From contig OZ244065.1 of NCBI GenBank assembly GCA_965215505.1, forward strand, positions 2,816,001 through 2,880,000: a DNA stretch of 64,000 bases, in the 5' to 3' direction. Position 1 is the first letter of the stretch, and each line of letters opens with the position of its first letter. This DNA is from Capsulimonadaceae bacterium. GTDB lineage: Bacteria; Armatimonadota; Armatimonadia; Armatimonadales; Capsulimonadaceae. Of this stretch, positions 50,912 through 60,043 are shown in pieces. The notes beneath the pieces are model-generated. The model was not told where the DNA came from, did no database searches, and saw only the letters and a program-made list of their open reading frames with translations. The position numbers and the translations under genes are program-made.

Positions 50912-52660
50912 TCACGGGTTGTCCAAGGTCGCCTTGCGGCTGGCGTGGTTGACGGCCTCGCCCCGGCCGCTGAGGACGTGGGTGATCTCGGTCCCCTCTC
51001 GGCCGGTGATCCAGACGGACGTGAGGTGGCGCAGGTGGACATTAGGCGCAGCGGGGGCCTCGATGGCATTGAGGCACTTGGCTGGGGAATGGAGGAACAC
51101 GCCGTAGACGCCCAGCCCCCAGGCCTCGTGGGTCGTGACACCGTCCGCGACCTTGTAGGAGGCGTAGCCATTGACGCCGCCGTGCGACCACTGCTCCTGC
51201 GTGGGGGCGTCGTAGGGCAGCTCGCTCTGGTAGAAATAGACGCGGCCACCCTCGCCGTTCCACAGCGTTTGGTACTCCTGGAAGTGTTCCACGAACAGGC
51301 CGTAGACGGTGACATCAGAGCCGTTCACGATCAGGCCGTTCCTGCTTCGGTTGCCCTCCCAGGTGGCCCCCGCGCCGTGGTCCGCGCGCCAGAGCCACAG
51401 GTTGTCCCCGACCACATTGTTGCTGTTTATTACCAGGCAGGCCGAGGCCGTCCCGACCGTCGCCCCGCCGACGCGGGCGACGATGTCGTAGAGGAAAGTG
51501 GGGTCCTTCGCGTGGTCTTTGGAACTGCCAGCCTCCCCCACCCGCAGCAGCGCGGGCGACTCGGCGGGTCCGGCGTCGAAGACGATCCCGGATACAGTGA
51601 CGCCCCCGACGTCGGCGACTTCGAGGGCGGAAGTGCCCCTGTCGGGGATCAGGGTCGCGAAGCCCAAGCCCAAAACGATGGTCCCCGGACGGGTGACGCG
51701 CAGGCTCGCGTCAAGATGGTAGACGCCCGGCGTCAGCAGCAGGTGCTTCCCGGCGTCTAGGGCGGCATTGAGGGTGGCGGCGGTGTCCCGGCCCGCGTGG
51801 GCGAGGTAGAACCTGTCCAGGGGCACGGACTTCCCCGGCGTCGGCCCGGCGGCCCAACTGGTCCCGCGCGTGGCCCCCGTATGCAGGGAGGGCACCAGGA
51901 CGGCGTAGTCGCCGCGCCGGTCCAGGTAGAGGTACGGCTTCTCGCGGAGCAGGGGCGTGTCGGCGATGACCGTATAGGCGGGGCGCGGCCAGTCCCCGGC
52001 GGGCGGATTTCGGACGCCGACGAAGGTCATGTTCCAGTTGGCCCCGGCCCAGCCCGCCCACGAGTCGTTGCGCGAAAGCCACTGCTGCTGCGTCCCCGAG
52101 TTCACCCGGCCCGAAACCCGGCAGTCGGCCATGAAGCCGCCGCTCGACCAGCCCCGGTCCCACAGGTCTAAATCCCCGTTGATCTGCGTCCGCCGCAGCG
52201 ATGTCCCCTGCGAGACGGCCCAATGCAGCGGCGTCGGGCCGGTCGGCGTCACGCTCAGGTTCTCGCAGGCCCGCCAGAAGTTGCAGGTGGCGTTGCCGTG
52301 CCCCAGCCAGTCCGCCTCGGAACGCACCGCGCCCGTGATGGTCACGTCGCCCGGCGACCGGCCCAGGCCGAGTACCTGCGTGTAGAAGCCGACATTGACG
52401 TCCAGGTCGTAATGGCCCGGCTTGAAGAGATAGACGTACCGCTCGGGTCCGAACTGGTTCCGCTCCTGCTTCTCGAACACGCCGTTCAGCGTGGCCTGCA
52501 CGGCATTTTTGGGCATGGAGGGGTCGAAAATCAGCACGTTCGGGCCGAAGTCGGGCGGCCTGGGCCGCGCCTCCGCCCGGCTTTGGACGGCGAGCAGGCT
52601 CAGGAGGAACGCGGCGGCGAGGACAAGGGCGCAGACTTGATCGGGTGTCGGGTGGCGCAT
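50912..52660 (-). CDS. secreted GH55-like exo-beta-1,3-glucanase (beta-helix)
   Basis: PDFGPNV.IFDP, GFYTQVLGLG, ATCNFWR..EN, WLWRADHG, YFYQSELPYD. Confidence 0.8.
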   Translation of the reverse strand: MRHPTPDQVCALVLAAAFLLSLLAVQSRAEARPRPPDFGPNVLIFDPSMPKNAVQATLNGVFEKQERNQFGPERYVYLFKPGHYDLDVNVGFYTQVLGLGRSPGDVTITGAVRSEADWLGHGNATCNFWRACENLSVTPTGPTPLHWAVSQGTSLRRTQINGDLDLWDRGWSSGGFMADCRVSGRVNSGTQQQWLSRNDSWAGWAGANWNMTFVGVRNPPAGDWPRPAYTVIADTPLLREKPYLYLDRRGDYAVLVPSLHTGATRGTSWAAGPTPGKSVPLDRFYLAHAGRDTAATLNAALDAGKHLLLTPGVYHLDASLRVTRPGTIVLGLGFATLIPDRGTSALEVADVGGVTVSGIVFDAGPAESPALLRVGEAGSSKDHAKDPTFLYDIVARVGGATVGTASACLVINSNNVVGDNLWLWRADHGAGATWEGNRSRNGLIVNGSDVTVYGLFVEHFQEYQTLWNGEGGRVYFYQSELPYDAPTQEQWSHGGVNGYASYKVADGVTTHEAWGLGVYGVFLHSPAKCLNAIEAPAAPNVHLRHLTSVWITGREGTEITHVLSGRGEAVNHASRKATLDNP

Positions 52661-52709
52661 GGGTGTCTCCCGGCGTGTGTTGGGTGTAGCGGCATCCAGC
52701 GGGGCGTTC

Positions 52710-53327
52710 TCACGCCGGGGCGCCACCGGAGAGGCTGGTAGTATCCGCCCAGACGGGAGGACTGGTGCGCTCCTGAACGTCCCCCAAACGCTCCAAGAGG
52801 GTCCAGCGGTGTTCCGGCGTGATCGCCGTCTGCTCCAACTCCTGGAGGATCTGCGCGAGCTTGCGCTGATCGCGGGCGAAATCAGCGCGGCGCTTGTTCA
52901 GCCGGGGCCGGTCCAGGCGGATGTTCCGGATGGTGTACCGTCCGGTGGGAGTTCTGGCCGAAACGGTGCCGTCGGGGTGGGTGTCCCAGTGGGCCTCATG
53001 GTCTTCCGCGCACGGGTCCAGGAAGCGTTCGCCCGCCACATATTGGGCATCGGTCGGCCAGCGGTTGCCTTTATAGAGGTTGCAGCGGGGACAGGACCAG
53101 TACAAGTTCTCGTACACGTTTCTGAGGTGGGAAAAGCCTTTGCCCAGCCCCTCCGGCGGGTGGAGTGGGCGGTGGTGGTCCACCTCCCCGGCTTCCCCGT
53201 CCAGGAAATAATGCTCGTGGGTCAGGCAGTAGGCACAGCGGTACTCGAAATCGGGGCGCAGGTACGGGTCCCGATACTCCAGATAATCATTGAGCGGCGG
53301 CACATCGGGGGTGCGTTCAAAGATCAT
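52710..53327 (-). CDS. HNH endonuclease
   Basis: RCAYC...VDHHRP...YENLYWSCPRCNLYKG. Confidence 0.88.
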   Translation of the reverse strand: MIFERTPDVPPLNDYLEYRDPYLRPDFEYRCAYCLTHEHYFLDGEAGEVDHHRPLHPPEGLGKGFSHLRNVYENLYWSCPRCNLYKGNRWPTDAQYVAGERFLDPCAEDHEAHWDTHPDGTVSARTPTGRYTIRNIRLDRPRLNKRRADFARDQRKLAQILQELEQTAITPEHRWTLLERLGDVQERTSPPVWADTTSLSGGAPA

Positions 53328-53712
53328 CCGGCGGCCCCTTCCGGGGCAGGCTCCGCAGCAGCACCAGAATCTCATCGAGCTTGTCGCCGGTTTCCTGGAG
53401 CCGTCGGTCAGCCTCCTGCTCGACGGGGTCCACGCCTTCGAGAAGGTCCAGTTCCGCCTCGACCTGACGCAGCCGCGCCGCCTGCGCGCCGGAGAGCGTT
53501 TGGTCGTCTTCTTGGGCGCGCAGGGCTTGGCACTCTTCCGCCAGCCGCATCTCGCGCGCCCGGTCCTGGGTCAGCGCAGGGGGTGCCGCCATCGGCGGCA
53601 AGTTTGCCGTCAGGACCCGGCGTGCCGCCTCCGTCCGGTCCCACCCCTTTTGGGCCGCGACCGCGTCCAGCCGGGCTCCCTCGGCGGGCGTCAGATCAAT
53701 CGTCAGTGTCAT
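53317..53712 (-). CDS. small putative antitoxin (MTLTIDLTP N-terminus)
   Basis: Overlaps the HNH start by 11 bp; TATAAT upstream; N-terminus paralogous to 62610..62894. Confidence 0.65.
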   Translation of the reverse strand: MTLTIDLTPAEGARLDAVAAQKGWDRTEAARRVLTANLPPMAAPPALTQDRAREMRLAEECQALRAQEDDQTLSGAQAARLRQVEAELDLLEGVDPVEQEADRRLQETGDKLDEILVLLRSLPRKGPPDDL

Positions 53713-53813
53713 GGCGTTTTCGGTCCCTACTGCGCTGATTATACCCGGTCCGTGGCGGGCCGGATAAGGAAGGTCTGCATCCGGCGGCCCGCGATGACGG
53801 ACCGCCAGAGGCA

Positions 53814-53877
53814 TGACGCTTACTGGTGACGCTTACTGGTGACGCTTACTGGTGACGCTTACTGGTGACGCTTACTG
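53814..53877. repeat. 13-bp tandem repeat, about 5 copies
   Basis: (TGACGCTTACTGG)x4 plus a 12-bp partial copy. Confidence 0.95.
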
Positions 53878-55197
53878 CGGCTGGCCGAGGCTTTTGTCGG
53901 TCAGAAAGTCGGCGCGGTATTTGAGCGCGGCGATGACCTCGCGCTCATAGGGTGCCAGATCGGCGAGCGTCGTCAGGCCGTGGGTGGCCATCACCGAGGC
54001 GGCTGCGGCGGCGACCTCGGGGGCGGCGTGGCCCGTATTGACCTTACGGTCGAAGGCGGTCGCCATGCCCGCCTCGCTGCGGAGGACATCGCCGACGCGG
54101 CCCGTCAGCGCCGCGCCGCTGGGGAGGGTGACGGTGATCGGGTCGGCGGCCGGGTAGTAGATGCGCTTGGCGGCCTGGATCTGGGCGACTCGGAAGGCCG
54201 TGCTGCTGCGGCCCGCCGCCTGGAAGACGGCGACGAGGCGCGGGTCACGGATCGTCTTCTGGACGGCCTCCGGCCCGGTCAGCTCGGCCCCGGTCGCCGG
54301 GTCCAGGGCGGCGTATATCCCCAAGGGGGTCACGTCAATGCCCCGGACATGGAAGTCGCGGGCGAAGTCGGCGGGCGCGTTTGTTTTCTCCGTGGCAAGC
54401 ACCGAGGCCAGCGAGCCGTCACCGCCGACCGCCGTGATGAACTGGATGAAGCCGACCGAGACGTACCCGGTGTCGTAGGTATTCACGGCGTCGAACCCGC
54501 CTTCCAGACGCGAGACGGCTCCGACGACGTGTGCCTCGAAGGGCGTCAGCCCGGCGTCCCGCATCAGGGCGTCTAAAGCACCCGCCGGCATGTCTTTGAG
54601 AGACGCACCGCCGGAGATGACGCCCTCGGCGAAGCGGTAGGACGGATAGCGCGGCGAGATGGGGATGGGGGCGGTGTAGGCGAGCGGCGGGCCGTCGCCC
54701 AGGCTGATGACATACCGGCGCGGCACGACGGCAGCGGACAGCGGGGGCGGGTCGCCCGCCGCGCGCAGCAGCGCGTCTGGGGCCAGGCCGGGGGCGGGCG
54801 GTTCGGGGTCGGTCGGGGCGGCCCCTGCCGCCTGGGCGGCCTCCCAGCGGTCGTGGGCGAACTTGGCATCGGTCCAGGCCCTCCAGGCGGCGGCCTCGGC
54901 GGGCGGGGCCGTTTTGAGGGCGCGGTTGAAGTCATGGAACCAGAGGGAGGCGTCGGGCGTCAGGGAGGCGCGCGGGGCCGCGAACGTGACACGCACCCGG
55001 CCCGGACGGCCCCAGAAGGTGACACACGCCGCCCGCTCGGCGTCCGTCCACAGGGGCGTCGCGGGGGCGGGCAGCGGGGTGGGCGGGACGGGGGTCGCGG
55101 ACCGGGACGCGCAGGAGTTCAGGGCGAGCGGGAACAGCAGCAGGGCCGGCAGGGCGTGTTTCAGGGGTTTTCTCAGGGCGCGGGGCATGGGCTTCAT
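53872..55197 (-). CDS. putative lipoprotein with lysozyme-like domain
   Basis: Signal peptide with LALNS-C; SRLEGGFDAVNTYD.G.VSVGFIQF. Confidence 0.55.
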   Translation of the reverse strand: MKPMPRALRKPLKHALPALLLFPLALNSCASRSATPVPPTPLPAPATPLWTDAERAACVTFWGRPGRVRVTFAAPRASLTPDASLWFHDFNRALKTAPPAEAAAWRAWTDAKFAHDRWEAAQAAGAAPTDPEPPAPGLAPDALLRAAGDPPPLSAAVVPRRYVISLGDGPPLAYTAPIPISPRYPSYRFAEGVISGGASLKDMPAGALDALMRDAGLTPFEAHVVGAVSRLEGGFDAVNTYDTGYVSVGFIQFITAVGGDGSLASVLATEKTNAPADFARDFHVRGIDVTPLGIYAALDPATGAELTGPEAVQKTIRDPRLVAVFQAAGRSSTAFRVAQIQAAKRIYYPAADPITVTLPSGAALTGRVGDVLRSEAGMATAFDRKVNTGHAAPEVAAAAASVMATHGLTTLADLAPYEREVIAALKYRADFLTDKSLGQPQ

Positions 55198-55212
55198 TCT
55201 TTCCGGCCTTTC

Positions 55213-56052
55213 CTAATCCCGCCCCTTGCCGGCGCGGTCCGGCAGATACTCCCAGTGCCACGGCTCGGGTAAATAGGCCACGAAGCCGAAGTCGGCGGCC
55301 CGGCGTCCCAGCCAGCGCCAGAACCAGGACTCCTTCCACGGGTCCGCCTGCGCCGTGGACGGCCCCAAGCCCGCCCCTGCCGCCGCAGCGGGGGTCGCGG
55401 CGGTCGCAGGCTTCAGGCGCAAGGCGAAGTCGACGGCGATGCCGCCCTGGTGATTCGAAAAGCCCGGCGCGGCGACGCGCACGCCGATGTAGTCACGCAG
55501 CAGGGCGGCGGCATCGGGGCCGAACTCGCCGCCGGGGCAGAGGAGCCGCTGCGCCCGCGTCGCCGCTGCATAACCTTCGTAGTTCCGGTCCCAGATCGAG
55601 AACTGCGTCGAGGCCGACCGGTAGGCGTTGTTGAGGGCGATCTCGCGGACGTTCTGCGCGCGGGTGCGGCGATCGGCGGTCTCGGCGTCAGTGCCCGTCG
55701 CCGCCTGATCGGCCGCCAGATCGGCGCGGGCGGCGGCCAGCAGCCTGCCGAGGGCGACGGCGGCGTCCCGGCGCATGACGGTCTGGGTGCCCGGTACGGC
55801 CATGAGGGAATCGGGCGGCAGGTCGTAAATGCGCGGACGCCCGGATTTGACGCCCCGCGCGACGTGCAGGCGGTAGACCTCCTGCTTGAAGGCGTATTCG
55901 GGTGCGGACAAGGCTCCCCGCGTCAGCCGCTCGGGGGCGATCTCCGCCGCCGGGTCTGCCGCCGGGACCACTCCCGGCGCGTCGGCGCGGGCCTGGGAAG
56001 CCGCCAAGGGAAGAGCGGTCAGGGCCAGGAGGATGAGGGCCGGCTTATTCAT
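55213..56052 (-). CDS. secreted M15B (VanY-like) D,D-carboxypeptidase-family peptidase
   Basis: YRS...Q, APGFSNHQGGIAVDF, EPWHWEY. Confidence 0.85.
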   Translation of the reverse strand: MNKPALILLALTALPLAASQARADAPGVVPAADPAAEIAPERLTRGALSAPEYAFKQEVYRLHVARGVKSGRPRIYDLPPDSLMAVPGTQTVMRRDAAVALGRLLAAARADLAADQAATGTDAETADRRTRAQNVREIALNNAYRSASTQFSIWDRNYEGYAAATRAQRLLCPGGEFGPDAAALLRDYIGVRVAAPGFSNHQGGIAVDFALRLKPATAATPAAAAGAGLGPSTAQADPWKESWFWRWLGRRAADFGFVAYLPEPWHWEYLPDRAGKGRD

Positions 56053-56105
56053 GGCACCTTGTTACGCTTCGGCCTGGCTGTTTCCTCCTCGGCGGCGATC
56101 GGAAA

Positions 56106-56343
56106 CCACGGGTTGAAACCTAAGGCTTTATTGGGGTGAGGCATCAAAGTTTCCACTGTCCAGGGGACAGAAGATCAGGGGGACCCCGCCCCTACGCGGC
56201 CCTGACCGTCGGGTCCCTCTTGCGCTCTCGTCTTGCGTCCCTTGGACTGCACTGGTCAGCACTGGCTACCCGGAGGGCAAACCTGGAAGGCGCTGGGTTT
56301 TTCGGTGCCTCACCCCAATAAAGCCTTAGGTTTCAACCCGTGG
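56106..56343. mobile_element. MITE-like element with perfect 38-bp terminal inverted repeats
   Basis: CCACGGGTTGAAACCTAAGGCTTTATTGGGGTGAGGCA (56106-56143) is the reverse complement of 56306-56343; non-coding interior. Confidence 0.7.
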
Positions 56344-56519
56344 CAAACTTTGCATCAATCGTGAGACGCTACCCGTCCGTCCTCCGCGCTTTTCACGGCC
56401 GCATCGCCCCAGGGCTTCCCGGAAAACCGCTGCGATTAGGCCCGAAAACGTGGTACGCGTGATGCGGCACCGTGCGCGTTCTTCTTGACTTGTGGCCGTG
56501 CGCGTGATATACTATCCCT

Positions 56520-56578
56520 ACGCTGCAAACAAAACAGCGTGACACGGAGCGGCAGCCAAAGAGGCTGGCGCTTTTTTG
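56520..56578 (+). ncRNA. candidate ~58-nt small RNA
   Basis: TTGACT(56485)-17bp-TATACT(56508) with TG extension; hairpin ACGCTG/CAGCGT; terminator AGCGGCAGCC-AAAGA-GGCTGGCGCT plus T-tract. Confidence 0.5.
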
Positions 56579-56615
56579 CTGTCTGTCCCCCCGCCCGCTC
56601 CCCAGTCCCCGTCCC

Positions 56616-56681
56616 TGTGACAAAGTTCACAGTGTGCGCGTGACGCCCGCCTCAGCCGCCTCCCCCGTCCGGGTCTATAAT
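56616..56681 (+). promoter_or_regulatory. CRP/FNR-type site and -10 box
   Basis: TGTGA-caaagt-TCACA (56616-56631); TATAAT (56676-56681). Confidence 0.6.
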
Positions 56682-56726
56682 AAGCACATCAACGAAATGA
56701 CGGACCGAGACACGGGGGGCACGACC

Positions 56727-56933
56727 ATGCAGCAGAGCATCTACAACAGCATCATCCATGACAGCATCACGATCCAAGCGACGAAGACGGACACGGGGAC
56801 GACCGCCCCGGCCTTCTGGGGGGCGAGCCTGCTCCAGCGGCTCGCGCGTCGGTGGGACATGGTGGGCGTGCTGGCGCTGATGGGTTCGAGCGCGGCCTAC
56901 GGCGTGTTCGCCCTGGCCCACCTCGGCCTGTAG
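56727..56933 (+). CDS. small membrane protein
   Basis: 68 aa, G-rich RBS, C-terminal TM. Confidence 0.6.
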   Translation: MQQSIYNSIIHDSITIQATKTDTGTTAPAFWGASLLQRLARRWDMVGVLALMGSSAAYGVFALAHLGL

Positions 56934-57027
56934 GGCGGCATGGGCCGGGAGCGTGACGGAAAAAGGCGGGGGTGAGAGGTCTCACCCGCGCCTTTCGCCG
57001 TCCCGACCATCTGCCCAGCGGCGGCGG

Positions 57028-57741
57028 TCAGAGGGACCGAGCGGCCTTCTTCCGCTTGGCAACTATTACCAACCCACCTAGGCCCAGGACCAGCAGCCCG
57101 AAGGAGGCCGTGGTGGAGGCTTCCGGGACAGAAGGGGGAGCAAATGTCAGGTCGTCGAGAGCGAATTGGGCCGCCACGTTTGGCTTGAAGTCGTAGCCAG
57201 CGATCCCACTCAGTCCAGCGAAGGCACTGGTATCAACGAAAATTGGCACCTTGCCTGTGAGCGTCGCATCCACCGCACCGAGTGGGTTGAAGTTGCTGTC
57301 ATAGGCCGTGATGAGCACCTCATCCGCGCCGTGGCTACCATCACCGTAATCCACCCAACCACCCCAGAAGCCCACCAGCATTTTAGTCGTACTCATCTTC
57401 AGTTCCGCCCCAGAACTGTTATCCAGCGCGTAGTGGCCGGAATGGGGAGTCAGATAAGTATTGCCCACGGGGACGACGATGCCTGACGAGGAGTAAGAGT
57501 CTATGAACTGATCACCTGTGACAGACCAGCCATCGGAAAACTGGTCAAAGATAACGCCATCGTAAGTCAGGTGCCCACTGTTAGCGGAAGCAAAATCGGT
57601 GAAGCTGTTCACAGGAGGCAATTTGGGTAGGTTATCAAAAGTGATTACGTCTGAGCCTCCGGCGAGGGTGGGCAGGGCGGAACCGAAGGTCAGAACGGAA
57701 ATGGGAGCCAATGCGAGGCTGGCGAGACGCAAGAGACCCAT
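57028..57741 (-). CDS. PEP-CTERM-like exported protein
   Basis: Signal peptide; C-terminal VPEASTTASFGLLVLGLGGLVIVAKRKK (PE motif, TM, basic tail); body visibly lower GC. Confidence 0.8.
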   Translation of the reverse strand: MGLLRLASLALAPISVLTFGSALPTLAGGSDVITFDNLPKLPPVNSFTDFASANSGHLTYDGVIFDQFSDGWSVTGDQFIDSYSSSGIVVPVGNTYLTPHSGHYALDNSSGAELKMSTTKMLVGFWGGWVDYGDGSHGADEVLITAYDSNFNPLGAVDATLTGKVPIFVDTSAFAGLSGIAGYDFKPNVAAQFALDDLTFAPPSVPEASTTASFGLLVLGLGGLVIVAKRKKAARSL

Positions 57742-57898
57742 ATAGAGTTTCCTTTCGATAGTATTAGGTGATAGAAGGCGCAATTTCCTACAAGCACATG
57801 ACAAAGTGCCTGTATTAGTACCTACTGCACAAACCATGCCAAGCGGGCGGCCTGATGTGCCGGAACCTGAGAAGTGGCACAATTTTGGACATGTGCCG

Positions 57899-58147
57899 TC
57901 AAAAGTCTTCGTCCAGCGTGTCCAACTCGGTGACGGCCATCGCCTCGGCTTTGCCCGCGTTGATCAGGCCCAGCGCGACCGCCGCTGTGACCATCGGCTC
58001 CGACGCCTTCAGGTCGTTGACGTCGCCGACCGCGATCTCGGTCCCATCCCGGAAGCGCCACAACTCCCCCTCCACCATCCAGGCCGTCGTCGTGCGGATC
58101 TCGATAAACCGCACCCGGCTAACGCCGCCTGCCCCGTGATTACTCAT
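57899..58147 (-). CDS. small hypothetical protein
   Basis: 82 aa, GGAG RBS. Confidence 0.5.
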   Translation of the reverse strand: MSNHGAGGVSRVRFIEIRTTTAWMVEGELWRFRDGTEIAVGDVNDLKASEPMVTAAVALGLINAGKAEAMAVTELDTLDEDF

Positions 58148-58247
58148 TTTTCTCCCACCTACGGTAAAATATACCCGGCAGCGCGCCGAACTTTCTCCCG
58201 GAGGGTGCGTCTGCACTCGCGAAGTTCCCGACACCGGAGGTACGCTC

Positions 58248-59669
58248 ATGCCGACTCGCGCCCTCACGCGCGCCGCCCTGGCCGCTCTTTCCTCGCTCTC
58301 ATTCCTCTTCCCGCTCTCCGCCCGCGCCGACACGCCCCTTATAGTGTCCGGGCCGTACACGCTGACGCAGTCGCTCCTGGACGCCGATGCCGACTACTTA
58401 GGCTGGGCGGCGGGCCGCGCCCTCTCTCCCGACGAGCGGCGGCGGCTGGCGGCCCTGGAAACGGGCCGGTTCCGGCGCGACCCGGCCTGGACGATCAAGG
58501 TCCTGGACGGCGAGCAGAAGACCCTGCCCTCCTTCAAGACCTTCAGCGCCCCGGTCCAGGACGGACTGCGCCGGACCGTTCTTGCCGACATCCCGGACCT
58601 GCGGAACAACCACCTCACGCCGGACGAGGCGCGGCAGATGCGTCTGATCGCCGCCGGCCTGCCTGCCCCGGACGCCCCCGCCCCGGAGCGCATGAGCCAG
58701 GCAACCCCGCGCCCCGAAGCCGCCGCGCCCGCCCGGCCCGCCGACGCGCCCGAGGGGGGCGAGGTCCGGCTGCCGCTCCGCAGCGGCAAGTACACCTTGA
58801 CGCAGGCCCAGGTGGACACGGACCTCGCCGTGGCCCGGATCGCGGCGGCCCGCCCGCTGACCGCTGGGGAGCGGCGGCAGGTGACGACCATAAACGCCGC
58901 CCAGTTCCGCCGCGACCCCGCCGGGACCCTCAAGGTCCTCCGCCGCGAGGCCACCGACCTGAAGAACCTGAGCCGGTACGACGGCGTGCGCCTGGCGGCT
59001 TGGCGCAAGGCCAACATCGTCTCCTGCTCCTTCCACGCCGACCCCACCCTGACATCGGAGGAGTCCGGGGCTTTGCTGGCCATCTACACGCGCGCCAACC
59101 CCGTCATCGGCACGGACCGGGCCGCGCGGGCGGTCATCACCGAACACGACATTGACGCCTGGGTGGCCGCCACCCGATTCATCGCCGCCCAGGCACACGT
59201 CCCCGCCCCCGGCCCCGGCTACCGCCCGAGCCTCGTCCATCTGGCGCAGGAGCCTTCCACTCGCCTCGGCCCCAAGTTGGAGGACGACATCGCCAACATG
59301 GAGCGCAACTGGGCCGCCCTGCGCCTGGTCTGGACGCACCTCGGGGCCGCCCAGCGCGCGCAGATGATGGGCCGCTATCTCGCCAAAGTGAGGGCGGCCG
59401 GGGCGCAGGGCGACAGCGCCACCCTGGCCTCGGTGGTGGCCCTCCAGTCCGGCGTGGACGCCTTCGCGGACTACCCGGACGCCCTGGACCCGCGCCTAGC
59501 CCTGATGAAGCGCATCATGCTCCAGCGGTACAGCCGGTTCCAGGGGAACATGATGGACTACAACATCCAGAAGATGATGCTGGGCAACGTCAACAACGCC
59601 CGCATTATCAACGGGCAGGGGATAGACCTGTCGGACCCCAAGAACCACATCCCCCTGCCCGTGCCGTAG
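58248..59669 (+). CDS. exported hypothetical protein with internal duplicated helical domain
   Basis: GGAGG RBS, signal peptide ARA-D; SGxYTLTQ...FRRDPA.T.KVL occurs twice. Confidence 0.75.
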   Translation: MPTRALTRAALAALSSLSFLFPLSARADTPLIVSGPYTLTQSLLDADADYLGWAAGRALSPDERRRLAALETGRFRRDPAWTIKVLDGEQKTLPSFKTFSAPVQDGLRRTVLADIPDLRNNHLTPDEARQMRLIAAGLPAPDAPAPERMSQATPRPEAAAPARPADAPEGGEVRLPLRSGKYTLTQAQVDTDLAVARIAAARPLTAGERRQVTTINAAQFRRDPAGTLKVLRREATDLKNLSRYDGVRLAAWRKANIVSCSFHADPTLTSEESGALLAIYTRANPVIGTDRAARAVITEHDIDAWVAATRFIAAQAHVPAPGPGYRPSLVHLAQEPSTRLGPKLEDDIANMERNWAALRLVWTHLGAAQRAQMMGRYLAKVRAAGAQGDSATLASVVALQSGVDAFADYPDALDPRLALMKRIMLQRYSRFQGNMMDYNIQKMMLGNVNNARIINGQGIDLSDPKNHIPLPVP

Positions 59670-59720
59670 GGGACGGGGATGGCCTCGCCCTGGAAGCGCC
59701 CCCGCCATCCGTCCCGGCAG

Positions 59721-59774
59721 TGAACCGCCGGTCTACACTGAACCGCCGGTCTACACTGAACCGCCGGTCTACAC
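59721..59774. repeat. 18-bp tandem repeat x3 derived from a GTAG-REP half
   Basis: (TGAACCGCCGGTCTACAC)x3. Confidence 0.9.
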
Positions 59775-59833
59775 GGATGGGCCACCCGCTTCGAGGCTTC
59801 GGACGGTATATTCGGACAATGTCCTTTGGCCTC

Positions 59834-60021
59834 GTAGGGGTGCCGCTTGCCGCGCCCTCCGAGAAGAAGGAGAAGAAGGAGCAGAAGGAGGGCGCGGCAA
59901 GCGGCGCCCCTACGGTGTCCTGATGCTGTCCAAATAGCAGAGGGCCACCGGCCATGAATGGCCGGTGGCGTTCTCGGCGGGCCGAGGCAGGAAGAAAGGG
60001 CGCGATTCATCGCGCCCCTAC
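59834..60021. repeat. cluster of REP hairpins
   Basis: GTAG-REP inverted pair 59834-59913; GCCACCGGCCA-TGAA-TGGCCGGTGGC 59944-59969; GGGCGCGA-TTCA-TCGCGCCC-CTAC 59998-60021. Confidence 0.8.
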
Positions 60022-60043
60022 GTTTTCCGGAGATGAAGTCCTC

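Noticed and set aside
53814-53877. Possible CRISPR array (also 59721-59774)
   Set aside because: Units are 13 and 18 bp, head-to-tail with no spacers, and no cas genes are present.
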